The notes: a model not told the origin generated them from the sequence alone. DNA of 57,122 nt, filler included, from Sphacelaria rigidula (GCA_964200075.2; 7 parts of 7 records of this genome joined end to end with filler, not necessarily neighbours in it), one strand, 5' to 3'. Positions 11,881 through 24,525 are shown, counted from the whole stretch's first letter. Translations and numbers: made by a program.

Positions 11881-13726
11881 GTGGGCTACAGTTTTCGGTG
11901 CTTGATCGTGGATTGTATAAGAAATTACGAAGGTGCTCTACAGTAAACCACATAGGGGTGGGCTGTCCGGGTGAGACGAAACATACAAGGAACGTGCGCG
12001 CCAACAGATGCCGCCGTGCGGCTAGACTATCAGTGAGGTGGTTGCGTTTGTGCCTGTTTTATTTTCGAGATAAGCTAGCGTGTATCTTGTTACCGCTTGG
12101 GAGCTGTAACAGTGACATCATGATGTGTGTGGCCTTGCGGGTCCGGTGTACTCGGCTTGTAGGCGACTTGATACCGGAAAGACGCAGCAGATATATTTTA
12201 TGCCAAGGAAACTCATAGTCTACACAGAAAACAAGAGATGGCTCCGCTGCTGGTCAACAACGCCAATCTATACCCCTGCGGGTAGGACGTCTGGAGTCTC
12301 TGGGCTTTGGCTGCGCGATGGAGGGCGAATTTTATGTGTCAGATACCGAGAGTGTCTTACCATGAAAACGCTTTCTGTTTCACTGTGGTGTACTCTTGTA
12401 TGGCATCTGCATGTGACACGCAAGCTCGATGAAAACCATCGTGGCACTTGTCTCAGACCCGCGTCGATCCTAGTGCTGCACCCCGCACCCTCTCCCCTGT
12501 CGAAGCAGATTTTGCAATGCAATGTAGTCTCAGTTTGACGTGCTATCGTCTTGATCATTTTCACGCACGGCCGCTTCTTGTAATCCGAAAAAGCTCTGGT
12601 ATAGCAGGGTATGAACCTTAGTTTCTAGTTTTTCCTTCAGGATCTTTTCTGGGAGAAGCCTTCTTCGAAATCCCAACCCTTTTCCAGACGGTTACTTCTT
12701 TGTTCATCTCGCAGAGAAAGCAGGCTATTCGAGGAGAGATGGACGTTGTCGGGAGATCAAAGTCCGTCGAGAGTGGACTGTATTCAAGACGACTCCCACT
12801 CAAGCACACTACACCTACCTGTACCGACAGTACGTAAAGTACGGCTGCAAACAGCACAAAACAGACCGCACATGAATATACGGCACAGCAACCGTATAAT
12901 GCAGCCAGTACCGATATGCAACAGTGGCAGTACATACAAGTGTAGAACATGACATGGCTGTTCACTACATGCGTGCATATACAAATACCGACAGTGATAC
13001 TGTGCGGCACATACTGTAACAGTCGCACAGACAGAGCACTGCATAGTACGTGCGAGTACGGAAATGTGCAGTATAGACAGTCCACTGCTGTAGACAACAC
13101 CATACGGTACAGCAGCCGCTGTTTCGTACACCTTGCGGGAGTTGTCATCGAGGTGGGGCGTTCCAGCCTGGTACAAACCCACCAGAATTTCCCACAGTCA
13201 GAAGATATGGGTTGGGAAACCATTTTCGTCGAGGAACGTCTCCGGGAAGAGATCGGCAGCACAAACCTTTTTTTTCAAGTATTATTTATGAATGCGAAAC
13301 TCGTTTTTTGGGGCAATCGCGACTTGAATACGCGGCGGGGGACGGTGGGTACGACCATCGTTTCAGCAGTCGTCGGAGGGCGATCGGCGAGTCAGAAACC
13401 AACAGTATATATACCACAAATGACGGGGGATGAGAGGCTGCCAACTGTAGAGAAAAGCGTTAGAATAGAGAACTGAAAGACGGATCGATCCGATGACAGA
13501 AACATCACTCCATTTTTTTTCATGTTTTTATTCACAGTCATCGATTGTTGTCAATTATGCGAAGGGATATGATATGACCCCTGATCGCACTAGAACTATG
13601 CGTGGAAAACGCTCGAAATGCCATGACCCCCTTTACCACCCCGCCCTTTTCAGATGCTTGGAGAAATTCCTGAACTTCGTACCGTGACGGTAGTAGATTA
13701 TTTGGGGGATTTTGTGTGCAGTGTTT

Positions 13727-13931
13727 CAAGGGTATGTCGAGTAGAGTATACTCAATTGCGGGGTATTTTGAAAGTCGTACTTGAAGTACACAAATTGAGG
13801 GTAGGGTTTCAGGGATCGCTTTCCACCTATATTTTGGGTATAACTCCCAACACTCTACCCTATTTTGAGCACCCCAAGTGCGTCTTTCAAAATAGCCCGC
13901 AATTGAGTATACTCTACTCGACCTGCCCTTG
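13727..13931. mobile_element. 205-bp hAT-type MITE, copy 2
   Basis: Highly similar to 149-353, same length; perfect 8-bp TSD CAGTGTTT at 13719-13726 and 13932-13939. Confidence 0.92.
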
Positions 13932-13981
13932 CAGTGTTTTGCATTTAGATAGGTCGACCATGGTAAACGCTAGGTTTCAAA

Positions 13982-14111
13982 CCCTGGACATTAGATTACA
14001 TTGTCAAAAAATGTACTGCATACAGTATGGGATCTATTGTCTGTTGCAATAGACCATAGGTCCCATACTGTACGCAGTATATTTTTTGGCAATATAGCCT
14101 AATGTCCAGGC
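13982..14111. mobile_element. Small fold-back MITE with CCCTGGA...TCCAGGG termini
   Basis: Nearly the whole element is a hairpin; related copy in opposite orientation at 28095-28230. Confidence 0.75.
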
Positions 14112-15923
14112 TGTGGTAGGTTTTGACGAAGAAGGCACGAGTAGGCGTGTCCATGAACGGATGCAGCGTGACGAGACGTGCAGTGTGTTGAATTACATTC
14201 CATCGATGGACGGTTGCTGTAGAAAGAATAATGAGTAACAGGACGGAGTCGGAAAAAGAGCAAGTCCGTCAAGCATGAGAACAAAGGTTTACGTCACAGC
14301 TGTACGCTCAGTTAACTATGTGTCAGCATATACTTCGATCATCACATTCGACTCAATTTCAGTCTACGATCGTTAACTCATACTGTACGCACGCGTTTAG
14401 TCTAAGCGCTGATGAACGTTTGAAAGAGTTTTTAAGAGTTAGGTAGCAGCTGTTGCCGAACAACTGTCGAAATAAATTCAAGCTGAATGAAGACCAGCGT
14501 CCAGCGAACGTCTCACAGCAGAACCAGCAACCCCAGTTTCTGACCTACCATGAAAGTACCTCTGCGTGGTGTTGGATCTCCGCCATTTCTTACATGGTAC
14601 CCTACCCCTTGTGCCCGTCGCATCCTCACATCTCATTCGCGCCAAAAACAAACAGGCACAAGTCCTCGTCCTTTCACCAAGCGAGCGACACCGGCATCAC
14701 GCTCTGCGGTTGTTCGAGATCTTCCCGCAGCGCGTCTACACCTGCGGACGAGCCTCGTGGAGGTGTGTCTTTGAGAAGTAAAAGTAGTGTGATGTCATTC
14801 AGCTGCTATCTGAGACCGCAGACTCGACATTCGATTGCCAGGCGACCCGAGAGTGTTTACCCGATGGACCATATCGCGGAGGATTCGTCTCGCCTGGAAC
14901 GCACAGTGTCTCGGTGTTCGTGCTTACATCCGACTAGGTCTGGACATTCATGGCACTGTGTGCGCAGACATTGGTATCCAGCCCACTATTTCAACGCGAG
15001 TGCGGACGCGGTGAATATGTCATCCACTAGTAATACGCAGCAGACAGTGTGTTCCGTTTGCCTTTTGGAGGTGACTTGTCGGTGCTCGGAAGGTCTAACT
15101 CATCACCTGGCGTGTCGATAACCAGCCTCATGATTACCGTTGAATGCCAGGGCCCACACACACAACCACTGTCACGGTGGTTATCTGGGGGGTGGTGAAT
15201 GAAATAAAATGTATAGATATCAGGCAAATAATTCGCGCCAAACATACGCGTTCGCCCACCGCATAATATTTTTGGAAAGGCACGCCAAGCTATTTTTGAT
15301 CGTTAAAAAAACAGAGGAAGAAATTTCTCGGGCTGATCATTCCTTCGTGAACGAGGAGCGAAGTCGTACTGCAGAAGGTGATACAGGGTAGAGTCCAGAA
15401 TGCGGATGAGGTTTTGAACATAGCAAAAATTATTCTTCATTCGGAAGAGATGGCGTATGCTCTGCTGATCATCAGTTGACCAATTGAATTGGGACTTTTT
15501 ACGAACAATTCAATCACGGTTTTGATATGACCACAAGACAACATCATGACGGGTCAACATGATTGCGAGACAATATGATGATGTGACAATATTGTCACGA
15601 AGGGCCGGTCGGGTAGAGTATATTCTTTTGGGTACGCCGGTATAATACCCGGATATTGTTGTTGTTGTCGTTGTTGTTGTTCTTGTCTTCACATTAAAAA
15701 CCATTCCGATATCTGCGGACGCCTTCTGTGGTCACAGGCTAAGTTCCCAAAACAAGGCATGAAGAAAAAAAAACATCGGACCCACGAAAATTCACACAGA
15801 AGCAGTACAAAAAAAACATACTTCCTCTGTCCCATAAGTAAAGGTACCTAAATTTGTACGGGCCCTTAACGATGCCCGATCTTTTTTCTTCTTTAATGAA
15901 CTCTACGGTGTTTGTCGGGTTAA

Positions 15924-16248
15924 GAAAATGTGTTTAAAGTTTGCCGCTCGTGCTTAAACCATGCCGCCGAACGGCTGCAAAAAAAGTAGTCGGCCTAAAA
16001 AAGGCCATTTTTTGCCCCTTCCCGAGTGGGAAAAAAGTGTCGATTTTTTTTCTTGATTTATTTTTAATCGCCCCCGGGCTTGCTGCTGCCAGGAAGTCCC
16101 ACGCGATTAAAAATAAGTAAAACAAAAATCGACACTTTTTTCCCCCTCGGAAAGGGGCAAAAAACGGCCATTTTTGGGCCGACTACTTTTTTTTTAGTTT
16201 TTCGGCGGCATGGTTTAAGCATGAGCTGCAAATTTTAAACGCATTTTC
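15924..16248. mobile_element. Fold-back element with ~150-bp arms and probable TTAA TSD (Kolobok-like)
   Basis: TTAA|GAAAATGTGTTTAAA... and ...TTTAAACGCATTTTC|TT at the contig end; arms are complementary throughout. Confidence 0.75.
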
Positions 16249-16250
16249 TT

Positions 16251-16350
16251 NNNNNNNNNNNNNNNNNNNNNNNNNNNNNNNNNNNNNNNNNNNNTTAATT
16301 AATTAANNNNNNNNNNNNNNNNNNNNNNNNNNNNNNNNNNNNNNNNNNNN
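16251..16350. other. Artificial contig linker
   Basis: Same 100-nt N/TTAATTAATTAA/N spacer. Confidence 0.98.
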
Positions 16351-16443
16351 GGAAGTGCATTTCGGAACTAAAACGATTCATTCACTGATTGACCGCTTTT
16401 CACTCTCAATCGTATCTACTCTCAACCTCACGAAAACACTGTT
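16351..16443. mobile_element. Partial AACAA-family MITE (reverse orientation, cut by contig start)
   Basis: Reverse complement of the left end of 54284-54583 and 8369-8670. Confidence 0.8.
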
Positions 16444-16907
16444 TCTCGTGGGAGCCATTCAAGATTTCTGTCGAAAACTGCTTTTTGGGCCCTCCTCCGT
16501 CGATTTACGCATGAAAAGAGGGCTAGGCGGATGTTGACGCCTTGGGATGAATTGCTCTAGTCATTGAGGCCGTTCCAGCGCAACTTTGCATTTCCCTCTG
16601 GTCGCACTTTTTTTTTGGCCAAACACGGATTTTCAACAAGAAACGGTCAAGCGATCGGAAAACAGGGGGACATTTCGATCACCCGAGTGTTTTTTACTGA
16701 AAATCCGTCGTTGGCCTCGTTTGGCCATTAACTAAAGTGCGGCCAGCGGGAAATGCAGAGTTGCCCTAGAAAGGTATCAACGAGTAGAGCAAGGCATTCC
16801 AGGGCGTCAACATCCGCCTAGCCCATATATCGGGCGTAAATCGACGGAGAAGGGCCCAAAAGGCAGTTTTCGACAGAAATTTTGAACGGCTCCCATGAGA
16901 GTTGGCC
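16444..16907. mobile_element. Fold-back MITE with ~180-bp TIRs, PIF/Harbinger-like
   Basis: Long complementary arms; right end ...GAGAGTTGGCC|TAA; left arm lacks its first 7 nt where the AACAA MITE abuts. Confidence 0.8.
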
Positions 16908-18365
16908 TAAGATCCCGTGTTGGTAGCCTGTTTGCAGCCTTCCGCACTGTGCTTTTTTCGTCGGCCTTTCGGTGTTCGCATTAGATTCGGTTTCCCGGAG
17001 TTCTGGGTTCGGTGAATTGAACAGCCAATTTGCCGCGGTTCAGTGAAGTTTGGAGCCGAATTTTATTGTCTCTGTCCGATCAACAAGATTCAGTGTGTTT
17101 CATCCACCATTCCGCGCTCTCAACGTTCGCGTTCCATGCCGGATCTATGTCTTCTACTCATCACATATAATAACACGGTTTCTTGACCGATACATACATC
17201 AAATCTCTGGCTCAACTTCTTGGTAGGAGTCATTGTCATTTTCACCACCTCTCAAATTAATTTCATTCCTTTCCACGCCTATCGTGGAGTGTCGGCGGCC
17301 CCGTTCGATCCTTGTATGTGCCATCATCATGTTCATCGATTGTTCTGTGCGCCCAGGGCGCTTCCGATTTCATTTCATTTCGGTGTTTGTGGCGTTGGTC
17401 TTGAACTGCGGCGGTGAAACCGGAGTGGTCTCGGCTTGGTGAGCCTTTGTTAGAAGTGGCTCTAAAATGAAGGTCTGCCGCACGCACCCGGGGTATGCCG
17501 ATTTGTTGTTGCACGGAAACGTCAAGTTGAATTGAAGCATAAATCGTTCACATTTGTGCTACCTGCATCATCATGTTAGTCCGGATACATATGGACTAAA
17601 GTACTGGGCGCCTGGACTACGTTTTGTTCACAAGGTTCTTTTCTCGCGACTACTCTTCGATAGAACTCGAAAGTGTTAGAGTCGGCAGGTTTTGGGAAAA
17701 TCAGCAGATCATCTTCCCCCCTGAGTGCCCAAGTTGGTACTCCATATTAGTTGGTTTTAGCGGGCGATACGAGTAGATACCCCGTTCATCAGGGGGTGTT
17801 ATTGACCGTGAAACACAGTTCTTCAGCTCTAGTGCAATCAATGGATGGTTATACTTCCTTCACAGACACGATCGGGACAGGCTCGATCGACCGAAAATAC
17901 CGAAGAGTTAGAATCTGGGCCGGAACGTGTCAGGACGCACGATGACCAGTCAGTTCGTCATTTTGATTCACATGTACATATTGCCTCCTTAGACCAGTCA
18001 TTTTTCTGGAGGGGGGGGGGAGGGGAGGGGGGCTATGGCGGCATCATTCTCGGTGTGTCGGGAAAAGTGGGTGAAAGCCCATTTTTATCTTGTCCCGAGA
18101 TGTACAGGCTCTAGAAGATGAAGCAAGCAGCAGCGGATAGAGAGCTCTGCTATTGACAAGTCCTCGACAGCTCCGTTTCGAAAAAGCGTCGACCCCAGAG
18201 GCGTGATATACCACAACATGTCAAATACAAAAACGAAGAAAAAAAATGCCCCAGAAGCGTCTTACATTCTGCCACTAAATCCCTGTTCTGTCATTACAGC
18301 TTGCCCCCGTGTTCGTTGTGTTTCAATCACACTACAGCTATATTGTTCGGAGAGTTCGTGCTTAT

Positions 18366-18470
18366 TTATTGGTCCGAGTAAGGCCTCGGCTTGCGTCGGT
18401 TTTCCTGTTCCATTCTCCTAAGCTTCTTGCCTCTCCACAGGAAACGAATCGGGGTTGACTTCAAGCCGAG
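18366..18470 (-). CDS. der: GTPase Der (EngA), terminal exon (LGLKSTPIRFLWRGKKLRRMEQENRRKPRPYSDQ*)
   Basis: Der C-terminal signature (F/L)G..GTPIR..WRGK; CAG acceptor; TAA stop at 18366-18368; phase 0. Absent from the ORF track; found by manual translation. Confidence 0.9.
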   Translation of the reverse strand, partial: LGLKSTPIRFLWRGKKLRRMEQENRRKPRPYSDQ

Positions 18471-18767
18471 CTGTGTCCGGTCATCGGAGACGGAGCGGGC
18501 GAGCGGGAAGAAGTAGGTAGGGGGCAGGAGTGACGGGGGGGGGGGAGGGAGGGTAATTACGATTCGACCAAGATATTCATCACCTATGGAATTTTGTGAC
18601 GGAAAGGGTTACTGTGCCTTGTTTTATTATTTGCAGCGCAAATATTGTTTATAATGTTTAATTTTGCGGTTGGCACGAGCAGCGGCTACGTGTTCTGCAT
18701 GTACACCGTCAAGTGGGATATATATTCAGGCTGCGCCCATGCGAAAACAGAACACCCATTTTAGCCG

Positions 18768-19116
18768 CTGTTTGCAGGGAAAAAATTATACAAGCTATCG
18801 GTTTAAATCATCGAGTACCACGCCACCAACAACTGGTCTCCGTTCACCATGAGCTACGAAAGAACAAATTTTGTATGTCAGTTGACTCACAGTGCAGATA
18901 CGCATTATTAGACAGCACAGCACTATTTGCAGGAATGATTTTACACGAGCTATCGGTTCAGATCATCGAGTACCACGCCACCAACAAAAGGATCTCTGTT
19001 CAATATGGACTACGAAAAGACATTTTGTAGAACAGTTGTCTCTCAGTACAGATACGCATTGTTATAAAGCACAGCACAGCAAAGCACAGCACAGCACAGC
19101 AAAGCACAGCACAGCA
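18768..19116. repeat. Tandem duplication (155-bp period) ending in a (GCACA)n microsatellite
   Basis: AGCTATCGGTT.A.ATCATCGAGTACCACGCCACCAACAA at 18793 and 18948. Confidence 0.85.
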
Positions 19117-19285
19117 CCAAACAGTCAGACGGCGGTACCTGACACTCCACAACCTAGTAAAGTACGGCACCTATTTCATGGACAAGATTTCACGTCATCA
19201 AACCAACGTTCACACCAACGGTAGCTCCGTGCTGCTCCCTATTCTCCCATGTTCTTGTTGCAAGTCGGCGTGATCGGAGGAATAA

Positions 19286-20131
19286 GACCAACTTTCATGG
19301 CAACGAATTTCGATTTTTTTGAGACCACGATTTTGAAGAGATCGGCCAAAATTCGCCAACTCAAAATCGAGTGCATCGTTTTATGGTACAGACAGTACAG
19401 TATCACAGATTTGTGGAACAGTTTTGTGTATGGACGATCACTTTCTGCACGAGTGTGGTACTGCGTACTCGTGCATAAAGCCGAAGAGCAGGCAGGCGGT
19501 GACATCCTTTGACTTCAGTGTCGTACCTTGCTACCTTAGGGACATACAGTGCAGGACACTCCATTAGTACAGTACATGATAATGCCGTGTGGTCGTACAT
19601 GATGGCACAATCGGTACTACGACGACAGTGGACAAACAGTGCACGAGCAGAGGTCAGTAGTGCAGGGCCGTATATCACCCCTCAAGTAGAGTGACAACAT
19701 ACTAGGAGAGTACAGTAGCCTTCATTATAGTGAGCAACATAAAATATTACCGTCGCCAGCGTCAGCACCTATTGTCCGCTTGTTCAACCCCGTGCAACGT
19801 TACTTTGGCAGCTGGCGCGAGCGGGCGCGCCTTGCGCTGTTATGAGACTGTCTCATTTTGCCGTCGCAAAAATATTAAACGCCTCGAACCCTACCACTGT
19901 ACGTCAATGTGCGTACGCCACCCCAGGGAATCGGGGGGAGTCACGATCTCGGAATGATTTCTCCCTACTTTTTTTCGAAAAATCGGGGGGGAAACGTCCC
20001 GAGATCGTGACTCCCCCCGATTTTTTCGCCCTCAATTTGGTCCAAATCAGTGTCCATAAAATACGTTCCGCGACATTTTTTCCCCCAATGCTCGAAAAAA
20101 TCGATGTTGGTGACTGCCATAAAATATGGTC
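19286..20131. mobile_element. Old non-autonomous TIR element (GACCA...TGGTC) in the der intron
   Basis: Imperfect ~35-bp inverted ends; flanks TAA and TAT; internal 23-bp-arm hairpin at ~19931-20022; boundaries uncertain. Confidence 0.5.
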
Positions 20132-20134
20132 TAT

Positions 20135-21767
20135 GGCCGCTCCTTATAACAGACAAGAATGAAATCTGGAAAAGTGCCTTTTCGAGGTTTTCACGTTGTT
20201 TTACGCCCCAAAAGAGAGCTAGGCGGAGTTCGACACCTTGGAATGACTTCCTCTACTAGTTGAGACGGTTCCAGGACATCTTTCCGTTTTCCGGTGGCCG
20301 CAGTTTTTATCTCGGCCAGACAAGAAATTTTGTCCAAGAACGGTAAAAAACGGCGCGACCTATTTGCAGGTGGGGTACGCAAATAAGAGCGCAAAGGTCG
20401 CGAACGCCTCAAGAACCAACCCACCATGAACCCAATCTCAAATCGAAATGCTGGGCACACCAAACAACGGCCAGTCGCACTTCACAGCAGTCCACGGCAG
20501 GGGGGTAAAGAAAGCATCTTATCGTAGGGCAGAAGACCACACACGCCTGCGGCGATGAGGTCTCTGCTCGATATTGACCAGCAAACAGTTGTCTTGTGTT
20601 CTTGGCCAGCCAAGCACCGAGCATGCTCGATTGTATGGATGCTCTGACGACACGGACTGTATGCAACATCCATCACCTGCTTGCCATTGAGAATACCGAC
20701 ATATCATGCTGTTGCTGCACTGCTTTTGTACAAGACACCACGCTGTCTGTACACCGTGTCTGTGTACTGCGCAGGTTATCCAAGTGTCAGCAGGAGTAGT
20801 GGGAGTATTCCTGTATCGCACCACTTGTCAACTGTTTAAAGCACTATGGGCCCTGTACAGTAGTACTCCTGTACTGCTGTTGTCTGTTGTCCACTGTACA
20901 TAGTGAGTGTACAGTCCGCACAGCAGACAGCAAACAACCGTACCTGTAGTACAATGATGGTGTGATTTCACAAGTTTCCCTACTTGCGGGTATATGGCCG
21001 CCGTGTGTAGTACTCAGAGCATCCAAATGTCGTTATCTGCCCGGATGCACTGTGTCCCTGTGCATGAGCTGCGACGGGTGTGAACGGTTGTCGTAACGTA
21101 ATGCACACTCTCATGGCAGGATTACACTCGAACACCCAGCTAATATATTGTTGTCCATGCCGCAGCAACCATCAAATATCAACATATTCTTGTTTTCCAA
21201 GAAATTGCCTTGAAGAAGTATCCCAAGAAAAAACGATTGATTTTACGATTCCCGGTAGTATGGAGCAAAACACTCCTCACCGCCTAGCTTTACGTTTACA
21301 GCATCCTGCCCTACAACAAAAGAAATATGATCGGTGTTACAGCCCTGCTGTGCGCTACTGTGGAGTACGCCTCCTGTTGTTTCGTGTGCTCCTCAGCATT
21401 TGAAATCGGGTTTGTCGTGGAATTGGTTCTGGAGGCGTTCGCAACCTGTGAAGTCTTGTTTGCATACTTGTACCCCACCTGCAACTAGGTTATGCCGTAA
21501 AAAACAGTCAAATCTAGAAAAAATCGCCACTTTTCTCTGGACTTGACCGTTTTTTCACCGTTTCTGGACAAAAGTTCTTGTTTGGCCGAAATAAAAACTG
21601 TGGCCACCGGAAAACGGGAGTATGTCCTGGAACCGCCTCAACTAGCAGAGCAAGTCATTCCAAGGTGTCAAACTCCGCCTTGCTCTCTTTTGGGGCGTGA
21701 AACGACGTACAAGCTTCGAAAATGCACTTTTCCATATCTTCATTTTCGTCTGTTATAAGGAGCGGCC
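20135..21767. mobile_element. 1.63-kb non-autonomous PIF/Harbinger-like element with ~300-bp TIRs
   Basis: GGCCGCTCCTTATAACAGAC... / ...GTCTGTTATAAGGAGCGGCC; complementarity extends ~310 nt with one indel; flanks TAT and TAA (TWA-type TSD, one mismatch); no intact ORF inside. Confidence 0.85.
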
Positions 21768-22000
21768 TAACGCGAATAACTCTGCCTTTCGGAAAAGAAA
21801 AAAAAAACTCACATACACACATCGTCCTTCAAACTCCGCCGTCAAACTCGTTGACTGCTGCGAGCATAAAACGGATCTTCACGGATGTAGGAGCGTTACT
21901 CGTGCATGTAAATGAGGCCTGTTCACCATCTCGGGGCGTGAATGATCAGATCTTCATCTCCACCGACCTAGCTATATTTTACCCTCATGGCAAGGCGCGA

Positions 22001-22160
22001 CGCCGTGTCTTACCAACACCAAAAAAGGAGGAAAAAGCTTCAAGAGCAGCACGTTGATTGATCGACTAGCGGGTCCATGATCGCGGCGACCAGTCAACAT
22101 GCTGCTCTTGGGCGCGTGTTTTTTGTCCCGCTTTTTTTTTTGGTCTCCATAAGACACGGC
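22001..22160. repeat. Imperfect hairpin / fold-back remnant
   Basis: GCCGTGTCTTA...CAAGAGCAGCACGTTGA / TCAACATGCTGCTCTTG...TAAGACACGGC. Confidence 0.65.
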
Positions 22161-22634
22161 CTGACCCTAAGCCTAACCGCAACGACGGCCGACTGTGAAC
22201 CTCGGGCACTGGATGTGTACCACAGTCCCTTAGGCAACGTGTGCGTTCTACCGATATGGACGAAAACGCGCTGCGGCACTGCATGCTACGCTGTAGTACT
22301 AAAATAATCACTCCCTGCATTCCAGGGAACCGGGTGTCGTGAAAACAAAGTGAATGCCTCAACGAAGATCCGGATCTGGTTTTTACGCCTGGGATAGTCG
22401 GCACTACAAGTGGAAATTCAGAGTACGCCATTTACGCCCCTCGGATACGCCCCTCTTTTGCAACACGGCTGGGTTCGTAGAGGATCAGTTCATGTGCAAC
22501 GATCCAACAGACACTCAAAAGTCTACGCTTTTTTTCGGCAAGAAATGGTCTAAAAGGCGGACCATGCTCTACAGTCGCGTATAACATGAGGCAAATACTA
22601 CAACTGGTGTCGTTTGGAAACTTTTCAGGTCCAC

Positions 22635-22665
<31 letters not shown>

Positions 22666-22712
22666 CTCCACCTGGAATATATAGATATATATATATATAT
22701 AATTTTGTTCAC

Positions 22713-22811
22713 CTGTTCCCGGAATTTCCTGTCCAGGTATCGCTTGTAGTTGTCACTGAACAGCTTGGGGTTATTGCAAAAGACCGCAATCGTGGGCGGC
22801 CGAGAAGCGAT
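22713..22811 (-). CDS. der: GTPase Der (EngA), penultimate exon (IASRPPTIAVFCNNPKLFSDNYKRYLDRKFREQ)
   Basis: Der KH-like domain motif PPT..F.N.P.L....Y.RYL; CAG acceptor and GTGAAC donor; 99 nt, phase 0-0. Confidence 0.93.
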
Positions 22812-23659
22812 CTGCACGAGAGGGGGAAAATGCGACGAAGAAAAAAACAGAATAGCACGAAACAACGCCTGGTTTTGTCATGAAAGCAAAAATCAACTAT
22901 CAAGAAAGCAATAAACAACACAGCAACAACCACGCGACGAACGGAACACCCAGCAAGACTTCACACAAAAACCCCGGCTAGTACAAAACCGGCTTGCGAG
23001 TAGGCAACACTATTCAGGACTCAGACCTGCACCCGTGACTGACCCGGATTATCACCATATGATGTGCATTAACCAGTTCAGAGCCAACAAATAGATACGC
23101 CCGATTTTCTCGCCCAACCCGGAAGGTTCAATATGAGTTCTGTACTAAATGGCGCTGCCATATTTTCGTTCCAGATACTAAATGCCACGATTTCCATGCA
23201 GAACTTCATCACCTATATCTCGTGCTCATGCTTGTTGAGGTCGCTTGCGGTAGAGGCGTAATTCATTCGGAGAGGAAGAGAAAAAGGGGATAATGGTGAA
23301 AAAAAAAAAAGTGCGCATCACCAAATGAATTTGCCCGTACACACCGACGCGTCTCGACACCTTCCGGTCGGGTTGGTGGGGCGGGGTGGTTGGCTGGAGG
23401 TGGGATTGTCCCAGTTCGGCGCCAAACAACCATCCATGGTTGACACGTTTTTGAAATAGCCCTGACCCCTAACTCCAACACAAGGGATCGGTTGAACGCA
23501 AAATATACGGCAAAAAACCCACACCTCTCCGGGAAACTCACACTATTCCGGATAATCTACACTACCAGATGGAAATGCTGGGGCATTCCTCTCAAACACT
23601 CCACGTATCTCGAGCCCTGAATGAACACGTGTAAGATCGCTGACCGCACTCTACATCAC

Positions 23660-23746
23660 CTGATTGCAGTAGTAGATTTTGCCTTGAGCGGATCCGTGGC
23701 TCCGCTGCCCAGGTGGCGATTGCCATAGGACGGCATCGCGGAGCAC
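23660..23746 (-). CDS. der: GTPase Der (EngA), antepenultimate exon (VLRDAVLWQSPPGQRSHGSAQGKIYYCNQ)
   Basis: Matches cyanobacterial/plastid-type Der A..W..PP....G.QG.IYY.TQ; CAG acceptor and GTGATG donor; 87 nt, phase 0-0. Confidence 0.92.
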
Positions 23747-23979
23747 CTGTGCATGATACAACCCCCCACACACACATACACATACCGCGTTTGGTATATT
23801 AGAGAGTAGCGAGAAAACGATCGCTGTACTAGGAGATAGATAGTGGCCCACAGACGGCGAAACAAGAAAGGAATGATATGCCGACGATAGCTGCAATAGG
23901 CCAATGATTTACGCAGGATAAATTTCGCGTATTCAGATCTGTTCCGAGGTTTTTGTGTCATGTATGGAATAAACGTAAC

Positions 23980-24188
23980 GAGCGCCCAAAATGTTGGAGT
24001 TGCCTCTCTTAGAAATAGGAACGGTGCTCCATCTCGGAGGGGATGCGTGGTCAGTGGTCAAATGACCAAGGAAAGCAACAAATGAGCACCCGAATGTTGG
24101 AGGTGTCTCCACAAGGAGTAGGAACGGTGCTCCGTCTCGAAAAGGATACGTGGTCAGTGCTCAAACGACCAAGGCAAGCAAAAAATGA
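23980..24188 (+). repeat. Two tandem units of the ~103-bp repeat family
   Basis: GGAACGGTGCTCC at 24018 and 24121. Confidence 0.88.
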
Positions 24189-24425
24189 TCTTCATGATGG
24201 CTATGCTGTATAACTCGATCTGGGGAAACGAGTACACCTCCCCCGCCCCCCTGCCACACCAAGGAGTATTGTAGTAGTCAACCCTTCAAAAAAAGAGACG
24301 AGGTTGACCCAGGAAACTATAGAGGGATGACGCTACTGAGCACGGTAGGGTAACATTCTGTAAGATTCTGAACGATAGAGTAGGAACGATGCTACAAAAG
24401 GAAGACAAAATCAGCGAGGGACAAG
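24189..24425 (+). mobile_element. Non-LTR retrotransposon RT fragment (cut by contig end)
   Basis: Frameshifted translation KKRDEVDPGNYRGMTLLSTVG-TFCKILNDRVGTMLQKEDKISEGQ, the N-terminal RT motif of LINEs. Confidence 0.85.
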
Positions 24426-24525
24426 NNNNNNNNNNNNNNNNNNNNNNNNNNNNNNNNNNNNNNNNNNNNTTAATTAATTAANNNNNNNNNNNNNNNNNNN
24501 NNNNNNNNNNNNNNNNNNNNNNNNN
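24426..24525. other. Artificial contig linker
   Basis: Same 100-nt spacer. Confidence 0.98.

Noticed and set aside
12949..13476. 175-aa plus-strand ORF and other Cys/Thr/Val-rich ORFs
   Set aside because: Derived from ACAGT/TACTG-rich low-complexity intron-like DNA; no motifs
14453..15121. 222-aa ORF
   Set aside because: Ser/Arg-rich with no recognisable family; at most a small exon near 14656-14762, unsupported
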